Shown here: piece by piece, positions 11,440-22,361 of the stretch
Position numbering within the stretch: the stretch's first letter is position 1
Layout of the letters: each line of letters starts with the position of its first letter
Origin: Rhynchopus sp. YZ270_cl-10
Lineage: Eukaryota
Assembly: GCA_964035575.1 (NCBI GenBank)
Contig: OZ037843.1
Span: 1,302,001 to 1,366,000, forward strand
DNA length: 64,000 nucleotides
Direction: 5' to 3'
Translations under genes and position numbers: made by a program
The notes under the pieces: model-generated
Seen by the model: only the letters and a program-made list of their open reading frames with translations
Database searches by the model: none
What the model was told of the DNA's origin: nothing

Positions 11440-11916
11440 TTTTTTTTTTTTTTCCCCCTTTTTTTATTTATTTATTTATACAGGGTTTCGCCCCGGTGGG
11501 GCGAAGCCCTGGGGCGAAAATAAAATGTCATTTTTTCAGGAAAAGATTTTTTTAACGAAAAAAAAATTTTTTCGCCCCGGGGCGAACGCCCTGGTCAAAC
11601 GCAATAGACAGAGGGAAATGCTACGGTCGCTCTGTTTTCACCCTCATGTGTGCTCCTCCCTTCTCACACATCACTTTCTGTACTTCAGGACTTTCTTCAC
11701 TTTCTTGACTTTTCTATTGGTCTCTGTTTTTGTCTTTTAAACGCATCAGTTTTCAAAGGGAAAAAACAAGAAAATAAAAGAAAATATAAAAAAAAAAGCA
11801 TTACAGTGTGTGGAAGGGTGGAAGCGTGCAACTATCAAACTCTCCCCCTTGTTTCGTTTCCCGTTTTTTCCTGTGTGGGTGAAGATAGCTATTGACACTG
11901 TAGTATTTTTCTTTGG

Positions 11917-12758
11917 AAATCTGTGAACGATTCCCTTTGGGGACAGGTCAGTGTGATGAGACACTTACAGCAGCTAGCATGTCGAGTGAGGGCGCAACAC
12001 TTCTTCACGAACATGTCCTCATGTGTGCAAGTGATGTCAAAGTGCGACGATGACTCATGGCACCACTGCAGCATTGCTTCCACACACACACAGCTGTGGT
12101 GATCTCTTGGAGGGTCTTTGTCAGCACTCTTTTAAGTTTCTGTATTGTATTTTGTTGTTTTCTGGTCAAGATCTTTGACGAATGTTTTATTTATTTTTTC
12201 CAGCCACACCATTTTTTTGAAAACTTGGTCGTATTTATTTGTTTGTGAAGTTTCTGGAGTCAGGCCAGCTTATTGCACACAAGAGAGCTGCCACATCCAG
12301 GGGTGAGATGTGCTGCCTGTTAATGACTTCTCGAGCCCGCATTGCACTTCGCGGGAGCCCCAAGGGAAGACACCCTTCTTCAGAAGCCAGGTAGAGAATG
12401 CTGCAAGTCGCTCCCCCAAAGCGATGGCATTGGATGGTATGTGCACGTCTAGGAACTGAGCCACGATAGCCCTGAGGGTCCCAGATATGCACCCACGGTT
12501 GCTATCGTGCAAAATCTTAGTTGTTATTTTTTTTGACAAAAAGTCTGGGGTACAAAAAAGGTCGCGTGATTCGCCGAGCGGTTGTGAACCGCCTCCGTTC
12601 TCTTACGGTACGGACCCACTCACGTCCCCACCCTTTGCATGAGCTCGGCTGAGATGTGTTGTAGCACGTTTCAGCTACTTTTTGTTTGCATGTTGTCCAA
12701 GAACTTCTTTTTTCATCTTTTTTTTATTTTTTCGAACTACTGAAGGAACTCTCCCCAG
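11917..12758 (+). repeat. Intergenic block of the tandem gene unit (homologous to 35060-36024 and partly 54580-54870)
   Basis: Long stretches of near identity, e.g. atgtcctcatgtgtgcaagtgatgtcaaagtgcga.gatgactcatggcaccactgcagcattgctt. Confidence 0.9.
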
Positions 12759-13423
12759 CAGTGTAGTCTAGCTTGCCCAAACTGCTAGTGCATCGGCACT
12801 ACCTATTTAATTTTGAAAATTTTCTTGCTAGTGCCGGGCACTACCACTGGCACTACCACTTTTTTTTTTCTTTTTTCAAAAAGTTTACACTTGCCAGACA
12901 CGCAGAGACATAAGCCTCTGAGAGTGACCAGAACTGGCCTCATGAACAAAGTGACCCCGTCACAGCCAAAGCGCGACTCAATTGATCAAACGCCGAAGGA
13001 AAAGGAAACATGCAGCATGGCGAAATAATAAAAGTAGCGTACCGTGCGCCTGCGGCGCAAATTTGCAACCCACCTTCCCATGACATCGTATGGCTGTAAA
13101 AATGTACAATTTTAAGCGCAGTTTTTTGAATTATTGCGTACCCCGGCTTCGCCAGGAACCTTGATGCTATGACCACCGTTTCTTTTTGTACATGTACTGA
13201 GGTTACTGATAATTCGTGTCTGGTGCAAATATCAATGAAGTTGAACTCCGCAGTTGGATACCCGAGGAATTCTCACATTCCGCCGGGGCCCCGAATTTGA
13301 GTTCGGCCGGGCTCGACCGAGTTTGGAACCAAGGGTTTTTATTATTTTTTTTTATTTGCAAAAAAGTGGTAGTGCATGGCACTAGCTTTTTTATTTTTTT
13401 TGGAAATCTCAGGGACTACGCTG
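12759..13423. mobile_element. hAT-like MITE
   Basis: TIR cagtgtagtc/gactacgctg; 8-bp TSD ctccccag (12751-12758, 13424-13431); empty site with a single ctccccag at 36017-36024. Confidence 0.88.
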
Positions 13424-14396
13424 CTCCCCAGCCTTGGTTTTCATATTTTCTTTCTCGCTCTCTCTTTTTTGTTTGTGTTTTCAGGACAAACACTTTGTGG
13501 CAATTCAAATGTCTTGAGACTTTGTGTTTCCCCCCCCTTTGTTCTGCTGTTCTTCACCCTCTGTACTTCGTCGGTTTGCACTCACCTCATTTCTGTATTC
13601 AGGCGAAGGGTGTTTTCTTTCGACATCCATGCGAGCAACTTATTTGGTTTCCTTTTGTGGTGTCCACATTGTTGTGTTAGTTATTTTTTCTCCCTCATTT
13701 TTCAACTTTTTTATGCTACCAATTTAGTAGCATATGTTGAAAAACTTCTTTGTCTCCATTTATTTTTGTGTTTTCATCCGGACGGCTGTCAGTCGGAGGT
13801 GTGTCACCTCATGAAATGAAGGAGGAAATAGAAACAAAAGCATTTTGAACACACTTTGCGGTTCTGGGGGACGAACCGCGCTGCAGAGAGCCACACCTTA
13901 CCAAACCAGGTCGAGGTGTTTCACCACAACGTCTCCCCTGGGTTTTTATCGTGTGATGAGTGTTAAGTTTCTATTGCCTGCATCAATAACCTACCGTTTG
14001 CTTTCTTTGTGTCCACATTGTTTATTTTTCTTTTTCTCTTATTTTTCAACTTCTTTCTTAGGGTAGGCACAATTTTTTTTTTGTTTAATGCTCGGTCGGG
14101 TCCCAAAAAGTTCCGCGCGCGCGCGCAGAAAAAAACACACAAAGAAAAAAAAACATACACACAGAGACCAGGCCTGTTTCTAAATCCGGTCCCCGTCCCC
14201 AGATTTGGAAAAATAAATTTTTTTCCCGCACTTTTTTTCCCGCCGTCTCTACTGCGTTTTAGGGGTTCACAGGGGCTCAGAGGAGCCCGAGAAAAAATAC
14301 CACGTGTCTGGATGAGACCGCTCGTGCAAAATAACCAGTTTTCGGGGGAGGGAAAAAAAAGGGGGGGAGGGGTGCCGAATCCAGAACGGCCCCCCA

Positions 14397-14513
14397 CACG
14401 ACGGTGAAGTCAATGACATGACATGTGCTTTTGACATGTGCTTACCATGTAACTTTTTTTACATGTGAAACACATGTCATTTTACATGTCATGTCATTGA
14501 CTTCACCGTCGTG
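14397..14513. mobile_element. 117-bp CAC-terminal MITE, 30-bp TIR, 2-bp TSD (CA)
   Basis: CA|cacgacggtgaagtcaatgacatgacatgt ... acatgtcatgtcattgacttcaccgtcgtg|CA. Confidence 0.85.
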
Positions 14514-14753
14514 CACCAAGTCCCCCCCGTGTGGTTGAACGGGAGTACCTTGGGGAAATGGGTTGCTGACCGCACCATGAAATCCCGCACCATACAGGCT
14601 GTACCCAAATTTTTTTTGCCTGCGGCGCCATTTTTCATTTTTTGCTCCGCAAAAAAGGGTTCATTGAGTGACTCTGTGGTGTAAAAAGCTAGATTTTTAC
14701 ACCGTGCCCTAAATTTTTTTTGCCTGCGGCGCCATTTTTTTTTTACTTTTTTT

Positions 14754-15265
14754 CATAGGTTTCGAACGCGCGTTCGCGTTTTTTAGGCGTTTTCGAGTGC
14801 GCGTTTGAAAAACGAAAAAAAAAACGCGCGTTCGGAAAAAACGAGAAAAAAAACGCGCGTTCGGAAAAAACGAGAAAAAAACGCGCGTTTGAAAAACGAA
14901 AAAAAACGCGCGTTCGAAAAAAACGAGAAAAAAAACGCGCGTTTGAAAAACGAAAAAAAAAAAAACGCGCGTTCGAAAAAGTGGAAGCCTCATGTTTACG
15001 TGGGGAGGTTTTTCGAACGCGCGTCGAAAAAGTGGTTTTTTCGAACGCGCGTCCAGTTTTTCAAACGCGCGTTCGAAAAAACCACTTTTTCGAACGCGCG
15101 TTTGAAAAAAAAAAAAAAAAACGCCCTTTTTTTTTAACGCGCGTCCGGCTTTTCGAACGCGCGTTTTTTATTTTTTTTGCGCGTTTTTTTTTTTTTTTCG
15201 TGTGCGCGTTTTCCGATTTTGGATTTGCGCGTTTTCGATTTTCGAACGCGCGTTCGAAACCTATG
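14754..15265. mobile_element. MITE built from AACGCGCGTT palindromes, inserted in a T-run
   Basis: TIR cataggtttcgaacgcgcgttcg/cgaacgcgcgttcgaaacctatg; interrupts a repeat that is intact at ~16860-16920. Confidence 0.85.
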
Positions 15266-16528
15266 TTTTTTGCTCCGCAAAAAAAAATACAGTCCCTCTG
15301 TTCCCAATGTCTTCCCTGGTCAGCAGCGCCGAAAATTATCTCATGGACCACACTTCGCTGAGGCGGTGCACGAACCAATGGTTCATTTTCTTTCAAGTCT
15401 GCCTAAAGAAATCTCTGAAACTCATACAGAAAACAGTAGTTGTTTTTCCGAGAGACCACAAAGTGGGGTGGGCAAACGCCACTTTCGGAGGATTACTGCA
15501 GCCCTGGCCAACCTGGAGCCCTCCATCACCCTCGTCGAGGCACAAGTACCCCCTCCGCCATTCTTCCACACTATACGTGAGGACGATTTTGCGCTGCGTA
15601 TGAGCAAGGGGCCAGCCCATATCAGCTTTGTCTAAAAATCCCTCCACCCATCACCTAAATATGGCCCAGATTGTGTTCAATTGGGTCAAATTTTCACAGC
15701 GCTTCCCAAATTTGTCATGGAGGCGGGCGCAAAGCGCAAAAAAACCCCGAAAAAGGGCACAAAAAGCACACAAAAAAGACGCGAAAAGGGCGGGAAAAAA
15801 ACCGGTCCCCAGCCGAAAAAACCCCGGAAAATAGGCCCGTCACGGTTCAGGCCTGCACAGAGACACAGCAAAAATAAAACATCCAAGCCAGGCTGTTTTC
15901 TAATTCTGGAAATTTTCCGGAAAATTCCGACATCCGGAAGCAATTTTTTCCCTTGAAAAAACAGTGGGTTTTCAGCCCAAACATGCCGCGATAGGCATTT
16001 CCAGAATCCGCTCCTTCTGTGGTGGGGGATATACAGAAAAACCGGCACAATTTTAGTGGCATAAATTTCCATAAAATATGAACCCATCCTCATAAACAAG
16101 GGTCATTTTTAGGTCGGAAAATCCAAATTCGGATAAAATTGTGGCGTTCCTGACTGGGAACAGGTAGCGCCGCAGGCGCACGGTACCCAACTTTTGTCTT
16201 TTTCTTTTCCCCTTTTCTCTGCTTTCTTTTGATGCGCGAGCCGATTGCTCTCCACGGTGGGGTCACATGATAGAATTATATCATGTGACCCACTCGTATA
16301 TGGAGGATTCTGTGTTCGAAGATATTTGGTTGATTTTTCCCGTGGAGGAAGACGGGAGGGAAAGTCAAGATAACCTGTTGACGTAAGGCAATGTTTTTTT
16401 TTCTTCCATGTTTTTTTTTTTTGGAATCTCAAAATTTTCCGCGCGCGCGAGCATTAAACAAAAAAAAAAGTGTGCCTACCCCAGTGGTTACCATTGGGGG
16501 GGCTTCTGAAATTTAATACGTATGGGAC

Positions 16529-17138
16529 CAGGGTATTAGGGTGGTTAAAAAAAACTGGTTTTCAAAAAAAAAAAAAAAACAGAGAAATCTGGAGGGGAAA
16601 AAAAAACCGACACTTTTCACCAGGCCTTTCTGTAAATGTCGTCCCCAGATTACGGCGGACTCGATTTTTTTCCCCGCATTTTCCCCCCGCCTGGTAGAAC
16701 CGTGGTTGAACCACGGGAGTGCCATTTGGGAAATGGCTGTTCCTTGATTTTTTTTTGCCTGCGGCGCCATTTTTCATTTTTTGCTCCGCAAAAAAGGGTT
16801 CGTTTGAGTGGCTCTGTGGTGTAAAAAGCTAGATTTTTACACCGTACCCTCAAAATTTTTCGCCTGCGGCGCCATTTTATATTATTTTTTTGCCCCGCAA
16901 AAAAGAAAATACAGTCCCTCTGTTCCCAATGTCTACCCTGGGTCAGCAGCGCCGAAAAATATTTTGAATCTGGATTCCTGGATAAGACACTGACCCCACC
17001 CCCGAAAAACCCGAAAAAGGTGACTGTGTCCGTCAACGGTGGAGGTTTTCGCCAGAAACACTAGTTTTTGCCGCCCAGGAGAGAAAACCAGAAAAACCAG
17101 TTTTTTCCGGGATTTTGGATTTTCACCCTAATACCCTG
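16529..17138. mobile_element. hAT-like MITE
   Basis: 15-bp TIR cagggtattagggtg/caccctaataccctg; 8-bp TSD tatgggac (16521-16528, 17139-17146). Confidence 0.9.
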
Positions 17139-20018
17139 TATGGGACACTAAATTTAAAAAAAAAAAACCCCCATTCCGAGCTTTCGGCCCCGCACGTTGG
17201 CGGGGCATCTCGACTCACATGTGGCCCGGTAAACCCATTCCGAGCTTTCGGCCCCGTACGTTGGCGGGGCATCTCCGCTCATATGTACAACATTTTGGTG
17301 ATTTAAATTTCCGCAAAATATGAACCCATACTCGCAAACAATGGTCATTTTCAGGTCTGAAAACCATGAAATTGTGGTGTTTTGACTGGGAACAGGTAGC
17401 GCCGCAGGCGCACGGTGCCCAACTTTTGCCTTTTTCTTTTCCCTTTTCCCTGCTTTCTTTTGATTGCGCGAGCCGATTGCTCTCCACGGTGAGGTCGCAT
17501 GTGCGTGTAAAAACACACTTACTATGAAATATGAGATTCTGGTTTTAGTAAGGAAAAACGTACCGAGCAAAATCACCAAAATCTACGGTAGTCGGTAGTA
17601 ATCCAGCGCGGCCCCTGATAGGGAACTGCATTTTTTTTATGGCGCCGCAGGCGAAAAAAAATTAGAGTACGGTGTACGAATATAGCTATTGATACCAGAG
17701 TCACTCAACGAACCCTTTTTGCGGAGCAAAAAAGGAAAAATGGCGCCGCAGGCAAAAAAAAATTAAGGTACAGGATGCAACCCAGTTCCCAGGTGCATAT
17801 CCTGGAAGGAAATTTATTGCCGGAGGGAAATTTATTTCCAGCCGATTTTTTCTTTCTTTTGGCTAAAAAAATCGCCACGTACCGCGCTAGTTAGCTACAA
17901 GTATGAACAAAACTTTAACCCTTTAGACCCCAAGTGGCCATATATGGCCAGCCGAATGGCGCCATACAATTAGGAATATTCTACTCAAAATTGGAAAAAC
18001 ATTTTTTATATTTTGGAGGTACCCTAACTGTTCGGTCCAATTCGGTGTAATTCGGTCCATTTCGTTTTTTTTTTTTTTCGCAAAGGGAAATTTCCCCTTG
18101 TACCAGAAAAACCGAAAAAAACGAAATGAAAACCGAAAAAAACCGAAATGTTAGGGTACCTTTTTTCACGGATGCTGCCAGATCTGGCCAGATTTGGGGG
18201 CCAATTTCCCAGATCTGGCTCGTTTTCCAGATGTGGAGATCTTGTTTCCAGATCTGGCCAGATCTGGCCAGATCTGGGAATCTGGGAAAATTTTTTTTTC
18301 AAAAAAAAAAAAAAAAACCCCAGATCTGGCCAGATCTGGAAATCTGGCCAGTTTTTTTTTTTCTCAGATTTCTGGCTATTGTCTCCCAGGGAAAGGGACT
18401 CTCGAATTTTTTTTTTCGCCCCTATATAGGGCTAATTTCGACGATTTGAGGCCATTTAAAGCAAAATTTGGCACTTTTGAGCATCTGTGGGGGTCTAAAA
18501 CGTGGTTTTGCGAACCCGAAATTTCGTGGTTTTTACCAAAGACAAGTCGATTTTTGAAAAATCTCAAAAAAAAAAAAATTTTTTTCCGGGAAAATTTTGA
18601 CCCCTGAGTAGGGTTTTTGTGCACCAAAAAGTGCAAAAAAACGCAAGAGTCGGGTGTTTTGACGATCTGGGGTACCGCCATATGCACTACAGGGGCCCAC
18701 AATTTCGACTTTTTCTTAGCAATTTCCTTCATAATTTTTTTTTTCCGATTTTGGCAAAGGCAAATCTCAGGCAAAAAAAATTCACCCCTGATAGTGGGTC
18801 CTTGGGTGTCCAGATGCCAAAAACACAAAATTTTTGATGTTTTGACCATCTGTGGGCGCCTAAAACGCACTTCTCTGCCCAAAAAAATGAATATCGATTT
18901 TTCCTTAGCGTTTTTATAGCCGTGATTTTTGGGTATTTTTTCGCAAAGGGAAAAAAAAAATATCAACCAAAATAGTGGGTCCTTGGGTGACCAAAAATGC
19001 AAAAAAACGCATTTTTTTGGTGTTTTGACCCTTCAGAACCACCCAAAACGCACTTTTGTGTACCAAAACACGCATATTTCACATTTCCTTAGCAATTCCT
19101 TCACAAGTGCAAGGTGATTTTTGACCAAACTAATTTTGTGCACTTTTTTTGTGGTCACGTGACGCTAAAATCCTCTCCGTGATGCGAGAATTACATGTGA
19201 GAATGCGATAATGATTCTCGCGTGCGAACGCCCAAAACCACGAAGGAGGACGCAAGCAAGGCTTCAGTGCACTTAGGTACAGGATGCGTCGTTTTCAGTT
19301 ACAAAAAAGGGTACTGTGAAGCGGTTGAGGCACACACAGACCCGTTGCAAAATGCATCTGGGACCCACGCTAGACCCCCTAAAAGCTGTAAAACCATATA
19401 TTTCCATCTCGCGACCCCAGCGGATGTGGACTGAGGTGTTTTTTTTTGGGTGTTTAGAAAGGTTTTTGTCCGATTGGAGAATTTTTTCGGTAAGTGTTGC
19501 ATTTTGTCCCCACTGAGTGTGCACTCAGAAAACACTCATCAATAAAACGACCTGGTAAAAAATAGTTATTTTCTATCGTAGTAGTGGGTTTGTCGTGCAG
19601 TGATGTTCTTTGTACCTGGAGAGTGGGCCGAGTGCAAGGTATGTTTTTAACCCCCCGGTTTTCTCCCTTTTCGACATGTCCGCTATTTTTTTAGCTATTT
19701 TTTTTTTTTTTTTGTCAACAAAAATGTCACTTTTACGTTTAAGGGGTACGGCGCGGCTTCTTGTTTGTTTTTTTTGTTGTAGTCTCTACTTTTACATTCA
19801 ATTTCTCTTAACAGGTACCCGAACCGACGACCCTTCATCGTGACTGCGAAGCAGTGCCGACGGAAGAGCTGGTGCAATTATTTCAAAACCAGGTGGCGAT
19901 CGTAAAAGTCGGGTTTATATACCAACTTTTCCATTAACCCACCCCATAGACCACCCTAATTATTATGAAACTCTTAGTCAGTCACTGCTATAGCCATTTA
20001 GCCCAGGGAGCATAGCTA

Positions 20019-22361
20019 CACTGTGGCTAGGGGTATGGGGATAGGTTCGCTGGGATAGCATATTTGGGGATAGCATATGCCATCCCCCAGGGGATAGCAT
20101 AACCTATCCCCGGGGATAGGTTATGCTATCCCCGGGGATAGGTTATGCTATCCCCCTGGGATAGGTTATTTCAGGATAACCTATCCCCCTGGGATAGCAT
20201 TTGACTGTACTTTACTAAGGATCTGCGTGCTGGGGACACAAAAATTTAGTATCCCCACCCAGGTGCCCATTTGTCACCTTCCCACCCCTTAAAAAAATAC
20301 AAAATAATGGGGGGATTCGGGTGCCCAAATAATCCTATGCACAAAAAATGAAGCGGGGGGGAAAAGGGATAAATAATTTTATTTCCCCCACCCAACAACA
20401 ATGATAAAGCGTAACGACAACAAATAAAAGCAAATAGGAATTTGTGGTTTTTGTGAGGCACTCAACGAAGTGTGCCGGCTCTGTGGAGACACGGAGCCAC
20501 CAGCACTCCCCAGTCTTTTTTCCGGAAGTACCTGGAAAACTCGCGGTTGCGACCAGGCAAACGAAAAAATTCAATTACACACCAAATGTGTGCGGGAGAA
20601 AATAGAAATGCAAAAAATTCCAGCTTCATCTGTGGGTGCGACGTTCTGCGGGCCTCCAGACATTAGGTGTTATAATTATTCTTGTTGCCACTCATCACCA
20701 TCAGAATAACACCACAAAATGTCTGGAAGCCCGCAGAACGTCGCACCCACAGATGAAGCTGGAATTCCAAAACAAAAAGACCTCTTCGCAGACTTCTTCA
20801 AGCTGTACGTGCTTCCTGCACCCAAACACAGCATCCACGTGACGGACCTCAGGGAACTGATCCGAAAGGTATTCCCCAAGCACTTCGGCAACCTTTCTGA
20901 CGTAACGCCAACTGTCACATCCGCGATTAAGTCTGCACACAAGAAGGTCAAGGATAACTTGACAAAAAATGAGCACGAAGCACTTATGGCAGATGGGAGC
21001 GATGCGTGGCTCTACCGGTCCAAGAACGGTGCCCCCTGTGTCCTCTATGGAATGGATATTCGCAAGGAGCCAACCAACCACATGAAGACTACCTCCGCAT
21101 ACATCCACATTAGGAAGTATGCGTTGACATGTCTCCTTGACGACATGGACGTCACCTTCGAGAAGATCAAACAGGAAAGGGAAGATGCGGAAGAGGCTGC
21201 AAAAGACTTTCATGCAAACGGAAGCTGCAAAAAGGAGTTTCTTTTTTCTCTTGTTCTGTACCACGCACTCATCTTTTCTCTTGAGTGGGTGGCTGCAGGG
21301 GTGACAATGGGGAAGGGATACACATATTTTCACAGCATGTCCCACTGGTTTGATCCAGAGGACGCTGTGCCTGTCTGGGCATCAGACGAAATGGGGGAGC
21401 AAGGGAACAGCACGAGAAAGCTCTCAGCTGGACGGGTTGGGTCGGGGAAACAGTTTGAGAGGGGACAACACCGCTTTGAATCGGCGAGGAAAAAAAGTTT
21501 CAAAAAAATACCCACTCCTTCGCAAAAAGAAGACGACGTACCGCGCATATTTGCCTACAGTTATTTAAAAATTTGCAAGCGTTGTTTCACACGCAACAAT
21601 ACGTGGAGAACGAACTTGGATTATCTGGTGCAGCGAGTGAAGAGATGCGGATTCGACGGTCATGTGACGACTCAGGAGGGAACTAACGACATTTTGTTCA
21701 GTGCTGACTCTAATAACCATCAGTGCTTCAAACTGTGTGTGTGTGGCAAAAGAAAATGGGACATACCTTCACGAGCTTCCGAATACATAAGTGAGTGAGG
21801 AGTTCCACAAATGGGATGAAAAGGGGGTAGGGGGAGCCTTTTCTCTTTTTCTGTGTTTAACAATGTAAACCCAAAACGACCCCCTCTTTTGACGATTTTG
21901 ATTTTACAGCTTTTTAGCTTTTTTCCCTGTGTTACCTTTTGAACTTTTGTGTGATTTTTATTGTGTGAAATGCTTGTTTTTTTTATCCGCATCCTTTTTT
22001 ATTTATTTATCCCTTCCCCCCCCCCGCTTCATTTTTTGTGCATAGGATTATTTGGGCACCCGAATCCCCCCATTATTTTGTATTTTTTTAAGGGGTGGGA
22101 AGGTGACAAATGGGCACCTGGGTGGGGATACTAAATTTTTGTGTCCCCAGCACGCAGATCCTTAGTCAAGTACAGTCAAATGCTATCCCAGGGGGATAGG
22201 TTATCCTGAAATAACCTATCCCAGGGGGATAGCATAACCTATCCCCGGGGATAGCATAACCTATCCCCGGGGATAGGTTATGCTATCCCCTGGGGGATGG
22301 CATATGCTATCCCCAAATATGCTATCCCAGCGAACCTATCCCCATACCCCTAGCCACAGTG
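20019..22361. mobile_element. TIR element (CACTG...CAGTG, ~360-bp near-perfect TIRs, TA duplication) carrying one ORF
   Basis: Arms 20019-20376 and 22003-22361 with GGGATAG arrays; TA at 20017-18 and 22362-63. Empty site gagcatagcTAgtgcaagaaattcgac on the minus strand at ~40086-40112. Confidence 0.92.
20719..21798 (+). CDS. Hypothetical transposon-encoded protein, 359 aa
   Basis: ATG-initiated, non-repetitive ORF between the TIRs; Cys/His-rich C-terminus (CKRC...HQCFKLCVC); no family recognised. Confidence 0.65.
   Translation: MSGSPQNVAPTDEAGIPKQKDLFADFFKLYVLPAPKHSIHVTDLRELIRKVFPKHFGNLSDVTPTVTSAIKSAHKKVKDNLTKNEHEALMADGSDAWLYRSKNGAPCVLYGMDIRKEPTNHMKTTSAYIHIRKYALTCLLDDMDVTFEKIKQEREDAEEAAKDFHANGSCKKEFLFSLVLYHALIFSLEWVAAGVTMGKGYTYFHSMSHWFDPEDAVPVWASDEMGEQGNSTRKLSAGRVGSGKQFERGQHRFESARKKSFKKIPTPSQKEDDVPRIFAYSYLKICKRCFTRNNTWRTNLDYLVQRVKRCGFDGHVTTQEGTNDILFSADSNNHQCFKLCVCGKRKWDIPSRASEYISE

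Larger units (their letters stand above)
6823..11593. mobile_element. hAT-like element with nested insertions
   Basis: Perfect 12-bp TIR cagggcgttcgc/gcgaacgccctg; 8-bp TSD gtcaaacg (6815-6822, 11594-11601); ttcgcccc subterminal repeats. Confidence 0.88.
14061..16481. mobile_element. Harbinger-like non-autonomous element, ~33-bp TIR
   Basis: gggtaggcacaattttttttttgtttaatgctcg versus cgagcattaaacaaaaaaaaaagtgtgcctaccc; left flank TTA, right TSD not seen. Confidence 0.7.
14525..17800. repeat. Dispersed repeat family with GCCTGCGGCGCCA motif (copies ~14525-15345 +, ~16700-16960 +, ~17600-17800 -)
   Basis: Shared unit ttttgcctgcggcgccatttttc.tttttgctccgcaaaaa.gggttc.ttgagtg.ctctg in three places. 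Confidence 0.75.

Noticed and set aside
11481..11593. Independent 113-bp MITE (cagggtttcgcccc...ggggcgaacgccctg)
   Set aside because: The right end pairs perfectly with 6823 and shares an 8-bp TSD with it, so this is the right arm of the larger hAT-like element.
20719..21798. Fanzor/TnpB or DDE transposase identity for the 359-aa ORF
   Set aside because: I could not place RuvC I/II/III motifs or a DDE triad; left as hypothetical pending a structure search.
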